A stretch of 64,000 nucleotides of DNA, taken from positions 43,201 through 107,200 of the forward strand of contig CAWKNF010000027.1 in assembly GCA_963850805.1 (NCBI GenBank). The letters are read 5' to 3'. The notes below the pieces were generated by a model. It made no database searches. It saw nothing but the letters and a program-made list of their open reading frames with translations, and was not told the DNA's origin. Made by a program: the position numbers and the translations under genes. Shown here one piece after another: positions 10,957-20,881 of this stretch (the stretch's first letter is position 1; each line of letters opens with the position of its first letter). The DNA is from an uncultured Acidobacteriaceae bacterium. Lineage in GTDB: Bacteria > Acidobacteriota > Terriglobia > Terriglobales > Acidobacteriaceae.

Positions 10957-11739
10957 TCAATCAGTAAGGAACGTTCCAGTCCCGACCCAGAACGCTGCCA
11001 GGCGCTTTAGATTTTTCTTATAGGTGCGCGTGACCGTATATTCTTTTCCATCCCTCATGCCAAGCTGGTACTCACCGGTGGCGCAAGGGCGAATCTCTTG
11101 TACGAAAGATGCATTCACCAGCACTGACCGATGAATTCGAACAAATCCATATGCCTTGAGTTTCTCCGCAAGAGTCGAAATCGATTCTCGCAGCAGATCC
11201 GATCCTGTCTCCCGCTGAAGCAACGCATAATTACCCTGCGCTTGCACCACGACCACTTCGCGAGGATCAATGAAAAGAATCCTTCCGTTGCTCTTGATTC
11301 CGATCTTGGAGGAGTTCTGCTGCGTCAGCGTCTGAAGATGGGGCATCAACTCCATCAATCTTGCCGCCCGCTCGCTCGCGTTTCTTCGACAGGCGAACTC
11401 CAGAGCCTGGTTTACGCGTTCTGTTGAAAAGGGCTTCAAGACGTAGTCCGCGGCATGTTTTTCGAAGGCAGCCACAGCATACTGGGCGTACGCGGTAACG
11501 AAGACCACGGAGGGCAACGGTTGCTCGTTTTGCCGCAGGCGGCGTAAGAGGTCAAGCCCCGAGAGCTCCGGCATACTGATGTCGAGCAACATCACATCAT
11601 AGCTGTCTTTAGATAAACGCTCCTGAGCCTCGATCGCGTCATTCGCGGAATCAAAACTCTCGACCTCGGGATTGGCCGTCAAAATCTTCGCCAGGGCGGC
11701 ACGGGCTAGGGGTTCGTCATCGACGATGAGAACGCGCAT
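10957..11739 (-). CDS. LytTR-family response regulator
   Basis: Receiver domain (MRVLIVDDEPLAR...MLLDISMPELSG) plus a C-terminal LytTR-type DNA-binding region. It overlaps the upstream kinase gene by 34 nt. Confidence 0.85.
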   Translation of the reverse strand: MRVLIVDDEPLARAALAKILTANPEVESFDSANDAIEAQERLSKDSYDVMLLDISMPELSGLDLLRRLRQNEQPLPSVVFVTAYAQYAVAAFEKHAADYVLKPFSTERVNQALEFACRRNASERAARLMELMPHLQTLTQQNSSKIGIKSNGRILFIDPREVVVVQAQGNYALLQRETGSDLLRESISTLAEKLKAYGFVRIHRSVLVNASFVQEIRPCATGEYQLGMRDGKEYTVTRTYKKNLKRLAAFWVGTGTFLTD

Positions 11740-12881
11740 AACGGGTCCTCCCCCTGTTTGACAGCGACAGTCTGGACGTGGCGCGCCTGTACGCCTGCAG
11801 GTTGCGAGTTCAAGGCCGGAACGGCCAGACGCACGGTGGCAGTGCGGTCTTCAGCGACAGTAAGATGCAGGCTCGCGTCACCTGAATAGAGATATCTCAA
11901 ACGGGCTTCGGCATTGCGCAACCCCACCCCCGTTCCGATGGAGGTCGTTCCACCCACACTGTTGCGCACGTGAATGTTCAGGACCCCATTGTCTGCGCTC
12001 GCCGCGATTTCGATCCAGCCTCCCTCGCGTGCGGACGCAACTCCATATCGAATGGCATTTTCCACCAGCGGCTGAAGGATCATCTGTGGCACCAGCAACC
12101 GGCAAGTCTCAGCGGCGACCGACCACTCGATTTTGAGGCGACTCCCAAAGCGCATCTTCTCCAGATCCAGATATCCCCCCACAAACTTGAGTTCGTCCTC
12201 AAGAGGAATTAGATCCGAACTGTCGCGGTCCAGCGCTGTCCGCAACAGACTCGACAGTTTGATGATCATAGCCTTGGCATTTTTGGCGTCACCATCAATC
12301 AAGGTCGCAATTCCATGCAGGGTATTAAAAAGAAAGTGGGGATGGAGTTGCATCTTCAGGGCTTGCAGTTCACTGGCAGCAAGCGCCTGCTGATACTCAT
12401 ATTTCTCGCGTTCCTGACTTCGCAAACGCTTCAAGTACTCGTAAGCGTGAGCCGCCACCACGATCGCAATGTATATGAATATCTGGTCGGCAAATCCGCC
12501 TCGAACCATCTCAACCCATGAAGACAAGGAGCGCGACGTGTATTTCTGCAAGGCGTCGTCATAGGGAGGCACAAGCACCCAGAATACGGACGTATAAAGC
12601 AGTACAAAGGGCACAGCTCCAAGGCTCCAGAGCAGCGCGTAGCGAAAACGGCTCCTCGAAAAACCAATATACTTCCCCACCAGATAAAAGATGGGCGGCG
12701 TCCAAAACGCTAACGCAAGGCCGTGAAGCGCCACCTCCATAAGCAGGCTGGCCAGCCAGTGCCAGAAATTCTGCCGATCGAGAGGTCTGTACTGCAAGCC
12801 CATGAGCAGCGAGATCCCGCACCAGAAGGCGATCGACATCAGGTAGGCTCGCGCGATTCCACGGAGGCTGGGCGACTGCAT
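11706..12881 (-). CDS. LytS/YehU-type sensor histidine kinase
   Basis: Multiple N-terminal TM segments. His_kinase motif LHPHFLFNTLHGI and a C-terminal HATPase region (ENAIRYG...GTGVGLRN). Confidence 0.85.
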   Translation of the reverse strand: MQSPSLRGIARAYLMSIAFWCGISLLMGLQYRPLDRQNFWHWLASLLMEVALHGLALAFWTPPIFYLVGKYIGFSRSRFRYALLWSLGAVPFVLLYTSVFWVLVPPYDDALQKYTSRSLSSWVEMVRGGFADQIFIYIAIVVAAHAYEYLKRLRSQEREKYEYQQALAASELQALKMQLHPHFLFNTLHGIATLIDGDAKNAKAMIIKLSSLLRTALDRDSSDLIPLEDELKFVGGYLDLEKMRFGSRLKIEWSVAAETCRLLVPQMILQPLVENAIRYGVASAREGGWIEIAASADNGVLNIHVRNSVGGTTSIGTGVGLRNAEARLRYLYSGDASLHLTVAEDRTATVRLAVPALNSQPAGVQARHVQTVAVKQGEDPLCAFSSSMTNP

Positions 12882-13228
12882 GGCGACATTCTACTCCTTG
12901 AATTCTTCTCCTTGAAAAGATCACAGCTGAATTCGAAATACGAAAATACGCCGCGCTCAAGTTCTCCTAAACTCCAAACTGACAGAAGTCGGCGCGGCGC
13001 CGTCGTCGCCCGTTTTCGGAGACCTACCTTCAAAAGACCGCGTGAATATTTTACGGTTTTCTGTAGAACTCTTGAGTGAAAATTGCATTTCTCATACCGA
13101 AACACGCGGTTCTATCCGCCACGAAAACCAGAACTCAGTTCCACTCGAATCTCCGCTGCGTAGTTCTGTTGCTCCTCGTTGTAGGGTCAAACCTGATTTC
13201 TTCTGTTTCGTAATTCTGCTCGGAACCC

Positions 13229-13594
13229 GTGCTCCACCTGTGGCAGATGGCAGGATGGATGCACATAAGTGTCCCGGATTGGCCAACAGATCTACCCTGC
13301 TTGATATGTGCCATGCCGCTTCGTGTTCGCCATTGCGTCGAGTGTCCGGAGTGCCTCACTCGATATCTCGTTGGTTTCAGCCCATACCGTAACGGTTCAT
13401 ACCTGCTGCCCATGGTTGCCGGATTCAGCGAAGAATGGACCTTGTACTGTTCCTGCGGCAGGCCTGCCGTGTGCAGCCGATGGAACTGGAACCAATTGAA
13501 GATGTACGCCATCCCCAGGTCGGCTCACGATCGCGGTTATGGCCCACCCGAGGAGATCGTGCCGATCGCCAGAACGTCGAGCCATCCGGGCTAA
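13229..13594 (+). CDS. hypothetical Cys-rich small protein
   Basis: ORF with CLICAMPLRVRHCVECPECLTRY...LYCSCGRP, a zinc-ribbon-like CxxC spacing. It lies in an otherwise unassigned spacer of about 1 kb. The start codon is uncertain. Confidence 0.35.
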   Translation: MLHLWQMAGWMHISVPDWPTDLPCLICAMPLRVRHCVECPECLTRYLVGFSPYRNGSYLLPMVAGFSEEWTLYCSCGRPAVCSRWNWNQLKMYAIPRSAHDRGYGPPEEIVPIARTSSHPG

Positions 13595-13763
13595 GTGCGC
13601 CGGCTCTTTGAAGCTCCTTTTGAAGCACTGGGCTAAGAGCCTATTTCCCCCCGGGTTGCTGGGATAACCTCCTGTTTGCCCGTCACTCGCCCGCAATAAG
13701 CGCCCAACGAATGTGGTTTGGCATTATTGCTGATCTCCATCCTCGTAAGCTTGCCTATTTATA

Positions 13764-13783
13764 TTAACTATGGTTAACTATGG
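13764..13783 (+). repeat. tandem decamer TTAACTATGG x2 upstream of the TonB-dependent receptor
   Basis: Read directly: ttaactatggttaactatgg, about 85 nt upstream of ATG 13867. Possible regulator binding site. Confidence 0.6.
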
Positions 13784-13866
13784 AGGATAATCACTGGTTA
13801 ATCGGCTCGGAGTTTGACGGTCGCCATGGTTGTGGGCTGTGAAGGAAACAAAATGAGTCTAAAGAC

Positions 13867-16800
13867 ATGACGCACCTCCGTCGACTGCTGATCATTCTCG
13901 CGGTCGTTGCATCTCTACCCCCTTCTCAAGCGCAGGCACAAGGCGAAACCACGAGTGCCATCGTTGGCCAAGTTCAGGATACAACCAACGCGTTCGTGTC
14001 GGGTGCCACAGTGGCAATTGCCAACCTTGAGACTGGACTGAGGCGGAGCGCCAAGACTGATGACGCTGGCCGGTTCAACTTCCCACAGTTAAAGCCGGGG
14101 ACCTACTCGGTCAAAGCGGAAGCGCAAGGCTTCGAACCGCAGCAAAATGACAACGTCATTGCGGGCCTGGGCCAGAAGCAAACAGTTGATTTCACGCTCA
14201 GAGTGGCCAGATCAAGTGAGACAGTTGAGGTGAATAGTGAGGCTCTACTTATCAACCCGGAGAACGCAAACACATCCACAACTCTGAATACTTCGGCGCT
14301 GGAGGACCTTCCGAATCCGGGCGGTGACCTCACCTATCCACTGCAGTTTTCGCCCGGAGCACTCATTAACACGGCCGGCAGCGGCAACGATTTCGTTGGC
14401 GGCACAAACGGCTATGGCAATGTGGAGTTCAACGGGCTGCCCGCTCTCTCCAACGGCTACATCGTCGACGGGCTGGAAACCAACGACCCGCTCACGAATC
14501 TCAATAGCGGCCTCTCAACCAACCTTGTCCTGGGATTGAATTCGATCTCAGAAGTGACTGTCAACACCCTTTCCTATTCCGTGGATCAGGGAAGGTATGG
14601 AGCAGCCCAGGTCAACTATGTCACCAAGTCCGGCACGAATCAGTTTCACGGAAATCTGTATGAACTGTGGAATGGTTCGCTGCTGAATGCAGCGGACTAC
14701 TTTACCAACGCGACGCCGGGAAACCACAAGCCGGGAGCGACCGTGAACCATTTTGGAGGCAGTGTCGGTGGGCCGATCGCGCACGACAAACTGTTCTTCT
14801 TCTTTGATAGTGAATGGGTGCGGATAGCACTGCCCATCATCACGCCGACGATCGTTCCCAGCACGGCGTTCCAAGCATACGTCTTGCGACAACTTTCTGG
14901 GGGGCAAACAACCGGCTGCGGGTCAAGCGATCCGAATGAGAACTGTCTGTTCTATCAACAGATGTTCAACCTCTACCGAAATGCCGGCGGCACACCCACG
15001 GCGATACTTGGCTGCCCGCTTGGTGCCGCCGGGGATGGTTGTGCCAACCGGCAAAGCGTCTCGCACTCCAGCGATGACCACGAGCAGGTCCAAACCGTCC
15101 GTCTCGACTACAACATCAACCCGAAAGATACGGCATGGCTTCGTTTTCAGTCGGACACAGGGCTGCAAGCCGCATACACGGATCCCATCAACCCAGTGTT
15201 CAATGCGCTTTCGCCGCAACCTCTTTATTCGTTCGCCGCAGGACACACACACGTTTTCTCGCAGAACCTGGTGAACTACTTCAACCCGGCGTTCTCGTGG
15301 TATGAAAGCTTGTTTGGGCCGAGCAACCTCCCGAAGACCATTTCGGCTTTCCCGATCGTATTGCAGGGTAGCGGGGCGAACGCCTTCACGCCCGTTGGAG
15401 GGCTCGACAACACTTGGATACAAGGGAGGCGCGCATCCCGGTTTTTCATCAATGACAACCTCGCCTGGAGCCGCGGCTCTCACGAACTGCGGTTCGGAAC
15501 GAATATCCGCATCTTCCGCCTGAACGACTACGACTTCGGCGAAGGCACGGTTCCCACCGTGACCTACGCAAACTTGCAACAATTTATCGATGGGGTGGCA
15601 AACACCGCGTCGGAGACATTCCCTTCGCACTTAAACGAGCCCTTCAACTTTCTCAATCTTGATGTCTACGCGCAAGACACCTGGAAAGTGACTCGCACAC
15701 TAACCTGGACGTTTGGCCTGCGCGACACTTTCAACTCCAATCCCCTGAATCCACATGATCAAGTCGCCCGTCTTCGCGGCTCCTTCAGTTCCATTCCCCA
15801 TGACAATCAACCGTTGAACACCGTTATTCAAACGCATCTCGGCAATCTATTCTCGTCTACACCGGTGGCTATTCTGCAGCCGAGAACGGCGATTGCGTGG
15901 CAGTTCAAGCCGAAATCAGTGCTTCGCACCGGCTTCGGCATTTTCAGCGATATCTTGCCAGGCACGGTGGCCGACTTGATTGGCACGAATCCTCCCTACG
16001 ACAAGACGTTTCAGGGGGGAGTGCTCGGCAGCGTCGGTGGCACCGCCGTAGCGCCGGGAGCGCCCAACAGCGCGATCGGCGCAATCGTCGCCGCCAATCA
16101 GACCTTTACTTCGGGATTTCCCCAGGGCCAGCCTTTTCTTCCACCGGTTGCGATCACAGCCATTCCAGATGGCAAACTCCATGCGCCGTATTTCATGGAG
16201 TGGAGCCTGGGAATCGAACATCAATTCGGAACGACGGCTAGCTTACACGCACAATATGTCGGGACGCGCGCCGTGAACCAGCCCTACTCAACGCAACTCA
16301 ACGGTTACCAAACCGTGTGTCAGGGCTGTTTTGCACCATTCCCTTATCTCCAGCCTACTGATGCGCGATTCGCCGCGGTGACACAGTTGTCCACCGGTGC
16401 GAACAGCCACTACAACGGTCTTCAACTGACCGCGATGAAGCGACTCGGCCATGGCTTGCAAGGACAGGTCAACTACACCTGGAGCCGTTGTATGGATACG
16501 GTCTCGAACGGAGGATTCCTTCCGTTCTCTGCGGGAGGGATTCTTTCGCCTCTGCCGGGAGATCTGGCCCGTGATTATGGTCCTTGCGACTACGACATCC
16601 GGCACAACCTCAACGCCCAGTATGTGTATCAGTTGCCGATTAGAGTCCGCAGTCATTCTCTGGGCTACGTGCTGAACGGCTGGCAGATCTCCGGAACAGC
16701 GTTTTGGCACAGCGGAGTTCCGTTCTCGGTGTTGAGCGCGCCTTATTCGGCAAACGGAAACGGCATCGTGCAGGGCAGCGGACCGCAGTTCGCCAGTGTC

Positions 16801-17262
16801 GTTCCCGGCGTTCCGCTGTATGAGCATCATCCGATTCCGAGTGTGACGCAGGCAGGAACGCTGCAGTGGCTCAATCCGGACGCATTTGTGTCGGCAGTCG
16901 ATCCGAGCACTGGGCAGTGCTATCGCGGCGACAGCCCACAGAATTGCCAATTCGGAAACCTCGGCCGTAATGCCCTGCGTGGCCCCGATTTCCTCTGGAG
17001 CGACTTCTATCTGACAAAATGGTTTCCTTTGAGCGAGCATGTAAAACTGCGGTGTGAGAGCCAATTTTTTAATGTCTTCAACCACCCGAATTTTGGGCTG
17101 CCAAGCATGGTGCTGGCCGGTATTCCGGGAAAGCCTTCCAGCCAGACTGGTTTTGGAGCGCTCACTTACGTAACTGCTCCGCCGACCGGATTGCTGGGCG
17201 TCGGTTTGGGTGGCGATAGCAGTCCCCGCATGATCGCCTTCCAGGCGCGGGTGGAGTTCTGA
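13867..17262 (+). CDS. TonB-dependent receptor with N-terminal carboxypeptidase-regulatory-like domain
   Basis: 1131 aa. Signal peptide, then GQVQDTTNAFVSGATVAIANLETGLRRSAKTDDAGRFNFPQLKPGTYSVKAEAQGF (CarboxypepD_reg-like). Long beta-barrel-like body ending in a terminal aromatic (..RVEF). Confidence 0.9.
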   Translation: MTHLRRLLIILAVVASLPPSQAQAQGETTSAIVGQVQDTTNAFVSGATVAIANLETGLRRSAKTDDAGRFNFPQLKPGTYSVKAEAQGFEPQQNDNVIAGLGQKQTVDFTLRVARSSETVEVNSEALLINPENANTSTTLNTSALEDLPNPGGDLTYPLQFSPGALINTAGSGNDFVGGTNGYGNVEFNGLPALSNGYIVDGLETNDPLTNLNSGLSTNLVLGLNSISEVTVNTLSYSVDQGRYGAAQVNYVTKSGTNQFHGNLYELWNGSLLNAADYFTNATPGNHKPGATVNHFGGSVGGPIAHDKLFFFFDSEWVRIALPIITPTIVPSTAFQAYVLRQLSGGQTTGCGSSDPNENCLFYQQMFNLYRNAGGTPTAILGCPLGAAGDGCANRQSVSHSSDDHEQVQTVRLDYNINPKDTAWLRFQSDTGLQAAYTDPINPVFNALSPQPLYSFAAGHTHVFSQNLVNYFNPAFSWYESLFGPSNLPKTISAFPIVLQGSGANAFTPVGGLDNTWIQGRRASRFFINDNLAWSRGSHELRFGTNIRIFRLNDYDFGEGTVPTVTYANLQQFIDGVANTASETFPSHLNEPFNFLNLDVYAQDTWKVTRTLTWTFGLRDTFNSNPLNPHDQVARLRGSFSSIPHDNQPLNTVIQTHLGNLFSSTPVAILQPRTAIAWQFKPKSVLRTGFGIFSDILPGTVADLIGTNPPYDKTFQGGVLGSVGGTAVAPGAPNSAIGAIVAANQTFTSGFPQGQPFLPPVAITAIPDGKLHAPYFMEWSLGIEHQFGTTASLHAQYVGTRAVNQPYSTQLNGYQTVCQGCFAPFPYLQPTDARFAAVTQLSTGANSHYNGLQLTAMKRLGHGLQGQVNYTWSRCMDTVSNGGFLPFSAGGILSPLPGDLARDYGPCDYDIRHNLNAQYVYQLPIRVRSHSLGYVLNGWQISGTAFWHSGVPFSVLSAPYSANGNGIVQGSGPQFASVVPGVPLYEHHPIPSVTQAGTLQWLNPDAFVSAVDPSTGQCYRGDSPQNCQFGNLGRNALRGPDFLWSDFYLTKWFPLSEHVKLRCESQFFNVFNHPNFGLPSMVLAGIPGKPSSQTGFGALTYVTAPPTGLLGVGLGGDSSPRMIAFQARVEF

Positions 17263-17321
17263 GCGTACACGGCGATTCTGGATGGTTGGTCGGCAAAAAG
17301 GAAGTAATCATGGATGGATTT

Positions 17322-17398
17322 TCTCCCGCCTGGAAGGACGCCGACACGACATTCCTATCCCGAGGGAAGCCAATGCGGAGTACGCGAAGTTGCAGTAA
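17322..17398 (+). other. decayed gene-tail remnant (..WKDAD..DIPIPREANAEYAKLQ*)
   Basis: Homologous at DNA and peptide level to 25123-25239 (shared gcggagtacgcgaag). Here a 1-nt frameshift separates WKDAD from DIPI...AEYAKLQ-stop. Confidence 0.5.
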
Positions 17399-17541
17399 CG
17401 GGCAAAGTCCCGCCCCCTTCGCTTGCTGTTTAGCGATTCGGTGTCGAGGTTGGGATGCTCTTGAGCTAAGACTTGAGGCTCCGTTTGGCGATTGCGGGTT
17501 TGAGGCCTCGGAGCACCAGCCCTGCGCCGCAGATCACTGGA

Positions 17542-18285
17542 TCACTTCACAGGTTCCCAGTCCTCGGGCAGCATATCGAATGCCAGCGTGTCACGGTAGG
17601 CGTACTGATTGCCTTCCAGCACTCCCACCGGTGTCAACATATGCCAGACGCGGTCATCGTCGAAGACATAACACTCACCAGTTTCCCGCATCGTGAAGCG
17701 ATCCATTTCGTGTTTGTCATTGTCGGTTATGATGACTTCTCCACCCTGAGCGCCGCAGCGGCCCACTAGATGCGTCGCGATATACTTTTCCCCGTCTTTA
17801 TGTAAGCCCGGTGGGCTGGTGTCGCAAGGCCGGCACGGCGTAGCAGTGAACCTTATTAAATGGACGTTTACCAAATACTTCGTACCCACCGTCGAGAGCG
17901 GCAGGGAGTGAAGGTGGTGGGCAATCATCTTGCGGACGCCTATGGAAGCTGCGATCTCCGGGGGCAGCGGCGCGTACTCACGCGGCTTACCGCCGAGTGT
18001 CGTGTTGTATTTTTTCAGCTGCACATAGGGCGCGTTCTCATCGCTCGACCAAACTCTTACCCCACCCGCAACAATCTCGGCCCGCACACGATTTAACGAC
18101 CGATACCTGTCACCCCCGTTATAGTACTTGTCCCTCGGAATAGACCATGCAGCATGGGCTAACTCTTCCAGCGAGTGTGCTATGTCCACATCAATTCTGA
18201 GCGGCTGACGACTGAACCCGCGCTCGACGATGTCGTTTCGCGACTTGGGATTTTCTGCAACCGGAATGAAGCCGTCTTGACTCAT
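17542..18285 (-). CDS. 2OG-Fe(II) dioxygenase family protein (2OG-Fe_Oxy_2-like)
   Basis: PPGLHKDGEKYIATHLV (HxD) and a downstream H in VWHMLTP. Start set at ATG 18283-18285 (MSQDGF...). The upstream ORF extension is made of repeat DNA. Confidence 0.7.
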   Translation of the reverse strand: MSQDGFIPVAENPKSRNDIVERGFSRQPLRIDVDIAHSLEELAHAAWSIPRDKYYNGGDRYRSLNRVRAEIVAGGVRVWSSDENAPYVQLKKYNTTLGGKPREYAPLPPEIAASIGVRKMIAHHLHSLPLSTVGTKYLVNVHLIRFTATPCRPCDTSPPGLHKDGEKYIATHLVGRCGAQGGEVIITDNDKHEMDRFTMRETGECYVFDDDRVWHMLTPVGVLEGNQYAYRDTLAFDMLPEDWEPVK

Positions 18286-18367
18286 GATTGCTCCTGACGG
18301 ATGGTTCGGAGATTGGGCGGTTGGCCCACCTTTGATAGATGGTGTCTGTGTGCACCATTCCCACAGA

Positions 18368-18541
18368 GGGTGCCCCATCCTTGCGTTCTTTGCAAGGGCC
18401 TGCCCTGAGCGGAGCCGGAGGGCTGGGCGGCGATGCTGCCTGCGCTGCTTGATTTGTTTTTGCGGCGGAGTGACCAAGCCCACCTGGCGCCGGCATTGCC
18501 GACTCCCGCACTTCGCAGAGAACGCGAAGGACGGGGCACCC
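18368..18541. repeat. dispersed REP/MITE-like element: inverted pair of AKDAxNGAP-type cores
   Basis: The left arm gggtgccccatccttgcgttctttgcaag is the reverse complement of the right-arm type cttcgcagagaacgcgaaggacggggcaccc. Related cores occur at 25516-25545 and 29780-29810. Confidence 0.75.
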
Positions 18542-18620
18542 ACGCTGCGGCCCGCCAGGGGGCGGGCGCTCGACCAAAGATTCGTTACAATTTTCGCATC
18601 GACAAGACGGGAAGGGGATT

Positions 18621-19118
18621 ATGTCGGAAGCACCAGACCAAAACCTGCTTGAGGCTCTGCTGGATTCCTGGGACCGGAACAACACCATTTTGCTCAACCT
18701 GCTCCGCGCCCTCCCGCAGGGAGCACTGCAGGTCAGGGCGATGGAGGGCAGCCCATCCATCGCGCAGCTGTTCACACACATCCACTACGTGCGACTTGTG
18801 TTTGTCTCCGAGGACGCCCCTGAGTTCGCCAGAAACCTGCCCGCGGAAGAGTGGGGGGTCGAGCCCGACCCCGGTCGCATGGCGCAGATGCTGAACGACA
18901 GCGCCATGGCGGTGCGGGACGCGGTAAAGAGCCGAGCGGAGGCAGGTCGGGAAATGAACCTTCACTACGATCACCCGATCCTCCTGCTCCAGCACATGCT
19001 CTGGCACGAGGGCTACCATCACGGCCAGATCAAGCTGACCCTCAAGCTGGCCGGCCGCCCCATGATTAATAAGGAAGCCGGGCCGCTCACCTGGGGCGTC
19101 TGGATGCGCAAGAAGTAA
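18621..19118 (+). CDS. DinB-family protein
   Basis: Four-helix-bundle His triad pattern (HIHYVRL ... LWHEGYHHGQI). Confidence 0.75.
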   Translation: MSEAPDQNLLEALLDSWDRNNTILLNLLRALPQGALQVRAMEGSPSIAQLFTHIHYVRLVFVSEDAPEFARNLPAEEWGVEPDPGRMAQMLNDSAMAVRDAVKSRAEAGREMNLHYDHPILLLQHMLWHEGYHHGQIKLTLKLAGRPMINKEAGPLTWGVWMRKK

Positions 19119-19410
19119 AGCGGGGATTTGTCTCTTCCTGACGCGAGCCGCTTGAAGCCCGGATCATTCCATCCACCAGGCCAATTCCGCTATTGGATTC
19201 ATCCTGCGGCATTTAGGGCTAAAATCATTGCCCGGTCGGAAGTCGTCTGTTAGCCTTTTTCAAGGACTTTTTTGCGACGGATCTTGTGCTGGATTGGTCC
19301 CGATAGTATGATGTTCGTTCGGTCTTTCATGTGACCTGCATGACCGCGAGTAGTACCCCCCACCGTCGCTGGAAATAAGGTCCAAAGCAGTTCCTTAAGG
19401 AGACAAAATC

Positions 19411-20604
19411 TTGGCTGCAGCCACAATAACGAAGAACCGCATTCTTTTCACTTCCGAATCCGTAACCGAAGGCCATCCCGATAAAATCGCCGACCAGATT
19501 TCCGACGCCATCCTCGACGCCTGCCTGGCCGAAGACACCGCCAGTCGCGTAGCCTGCGAAACCCTCACCGCCACTGGCCTCGTAGTCATCGCCGGAGAAA
19601 TCACCACCAAAGCCTACGTCGATTTCCAGAGCGTAGTCCGCGGCACCGTCGGCGCCATCGGCTATGACAACGCCGTCTACGGCTTCGACTGCAACACCTG
19701 CGCCGTAATCTCCAGCATCAACAAACAGTCCGGCGACATAGCCATGGGCGTAGACACCGGCGGCGCCGGCGACCAGGGAATGATGTTTGGCTACGCTTGC
19801 AATGAGAATGAGGAGTTGATGCCTACTCCCATTTCTCTCGCGCACAAACTGACTATGCGGCTGTCGCAGGTGCGCAAGAATGGAACGCTTCCCTTCCTTC
19901 GTCCGGATGGAAAATCCCAGGTTACAGTTGAATATGATGCCAATGGCAAGGTGCTGCGGGTGGATGCGGTTGTGATTTCCACGCAGCATGCGGAGACGGT
20001 TGGCAACGAGGAGTTGCGGTCGTCGATTCTGAAGCATGTGATCCAGGCGGTGGTTCCGGCGCACCTGCTGGACGAAGACACCAAGTACCACATCAATCCC
20101 ACAGGACGTTTCGTGATTGGCGGGCCGATGGGCGACACGGGGCTGACGGGGCGCAAGATCATCGTCGACACCTACGGTGGGATGGGGCGTCACGGCGGCG
20201 GAGCCTTCAGCGGCAAGGATCCGACCAAGGTGGATCGTTCGGCGGCTTACATGGCGCGTCACATCGCGAAGAATATTGTCGCGGCGAAGCTGGCCGACCG
20301 TTGCGAAGTGCAACTGGCTTACGCCATCGGCGTCGCCGATCCGGTGAGCGTGCGCGTGGATACATTTGGCACGGAGAAAGTGGATCCGGCGGTTATTCCG
20401 GATTTAATTCGGGCACACTTCAAGCTGACTCCACGGGGCATCATCGAGTCGCTGAACTTGCGGCGGCCGATCTATAAAAAGACAGCCGCTTACGGGCATT
20501 TTGGGCGGAACGATCCTGACTTCACCTGGGAAGCTACCGACAAGGCGGCCTCGCTGGCGAGCGACGCCGGCGTGCGTGAGCCGGTGCATGCTGGGCGCAA
20601 GTAA
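19411..20604 (+). CDS. metK: S-adenosylmethionine synthetase
   Basis: Unmistakable MetK sequence: [59 protein letters not shown] start. Confidence 0.97.
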   Translation: MAAATITKNRILFTSESVTEGHPDKIADQISDAILDACLAEDTASRVACETLTATGLVVIAGEITTKAYVDFQSVVRGTVGAIGYDNAVYGFDCNTCAVISSINKQSGDIAMGVDTGGAGDQGMMFGYACNENEELMPTPISLAHKLTMRLSQVRKNGTLPFLRPDGKSQVTVEYDANGKVLRVDAVVISTQHAETVGNEELRSSILKHVIQAVVPAHLLDEDTKYHINPTGRFVIGGPMGDTGLTGRKIIVDTYGGMGRHGGGAFSGKDPTKVDRSAAYMARHIAKNIVAAKLADRCEVQLAYAIGVADPVSVRVDTFGTEKVDPAVIPDLIRAHFKLTPRGIIESLNLRRPIYKKTAAYGHFGRNDPDFTWEATDKAASLASDAGVREPVHAGRK

Positions 20605-20881
20605 CGGGCGAAAAATCTTTACCACAGAGGACACGGGGTTTCACGGGGTAAATCTGGTGGGCCTCACCTCTTATTTTGGGGACTCACATTTTACGGACTC
20701 ACCAAGGTGAAACTCGGGATGGGCCGAAGGTGCCACTCCCTAAAGGGCCGGTTGGGCATGCTGAATTTTGTCTTGATTCGTGTATTCTGATTTTGCTGGC
20801 AATCAAACTTTCCCCCTAATCGCATAAGGTAACCAGGTAACCAAAACAACTTTTCGCAGGTGCAAGCGCCACAGGAGGCGT

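Noticed and set aside
17286-17696. 136-aa ORF downstream of the TonB-dependent receptor
   Set aside because: It starts with the frameshifted gene-tail remnant and continues into Cys/Arg-rich sequence with no coding character. It overlaps the 3' end of the opposite-strand dioxygenase gene.
18191-18781. 196-aa and other ORFs across 18282-18900
   Set aside because: They are built from the dispersed inverted-repeat element and its flanks (peptides such as RSGQALAKNARMGHP). Repeat-derived ORFs of this kind are not expected to be genes.
19327-20313. 328-aa ORF antisense to metK, and the 208-aa ORF 20816-21442 antisense to ahcY
   Set aside because: The plus-strand genes are near-universal, highly conserved enzymes. 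The antisense translations are Arg/Gly/Ala-rich shadow ORFs.
20605-20881. SAH riboswitch upstream of ahcY (and a SAM riboswitch upstream of metK)
   Set aside because: I could not find the conserved core strings I associate with the SAH, SAM-I or SAM-II classes by eye. It is kept only as a low-interest item to test with covariance models.
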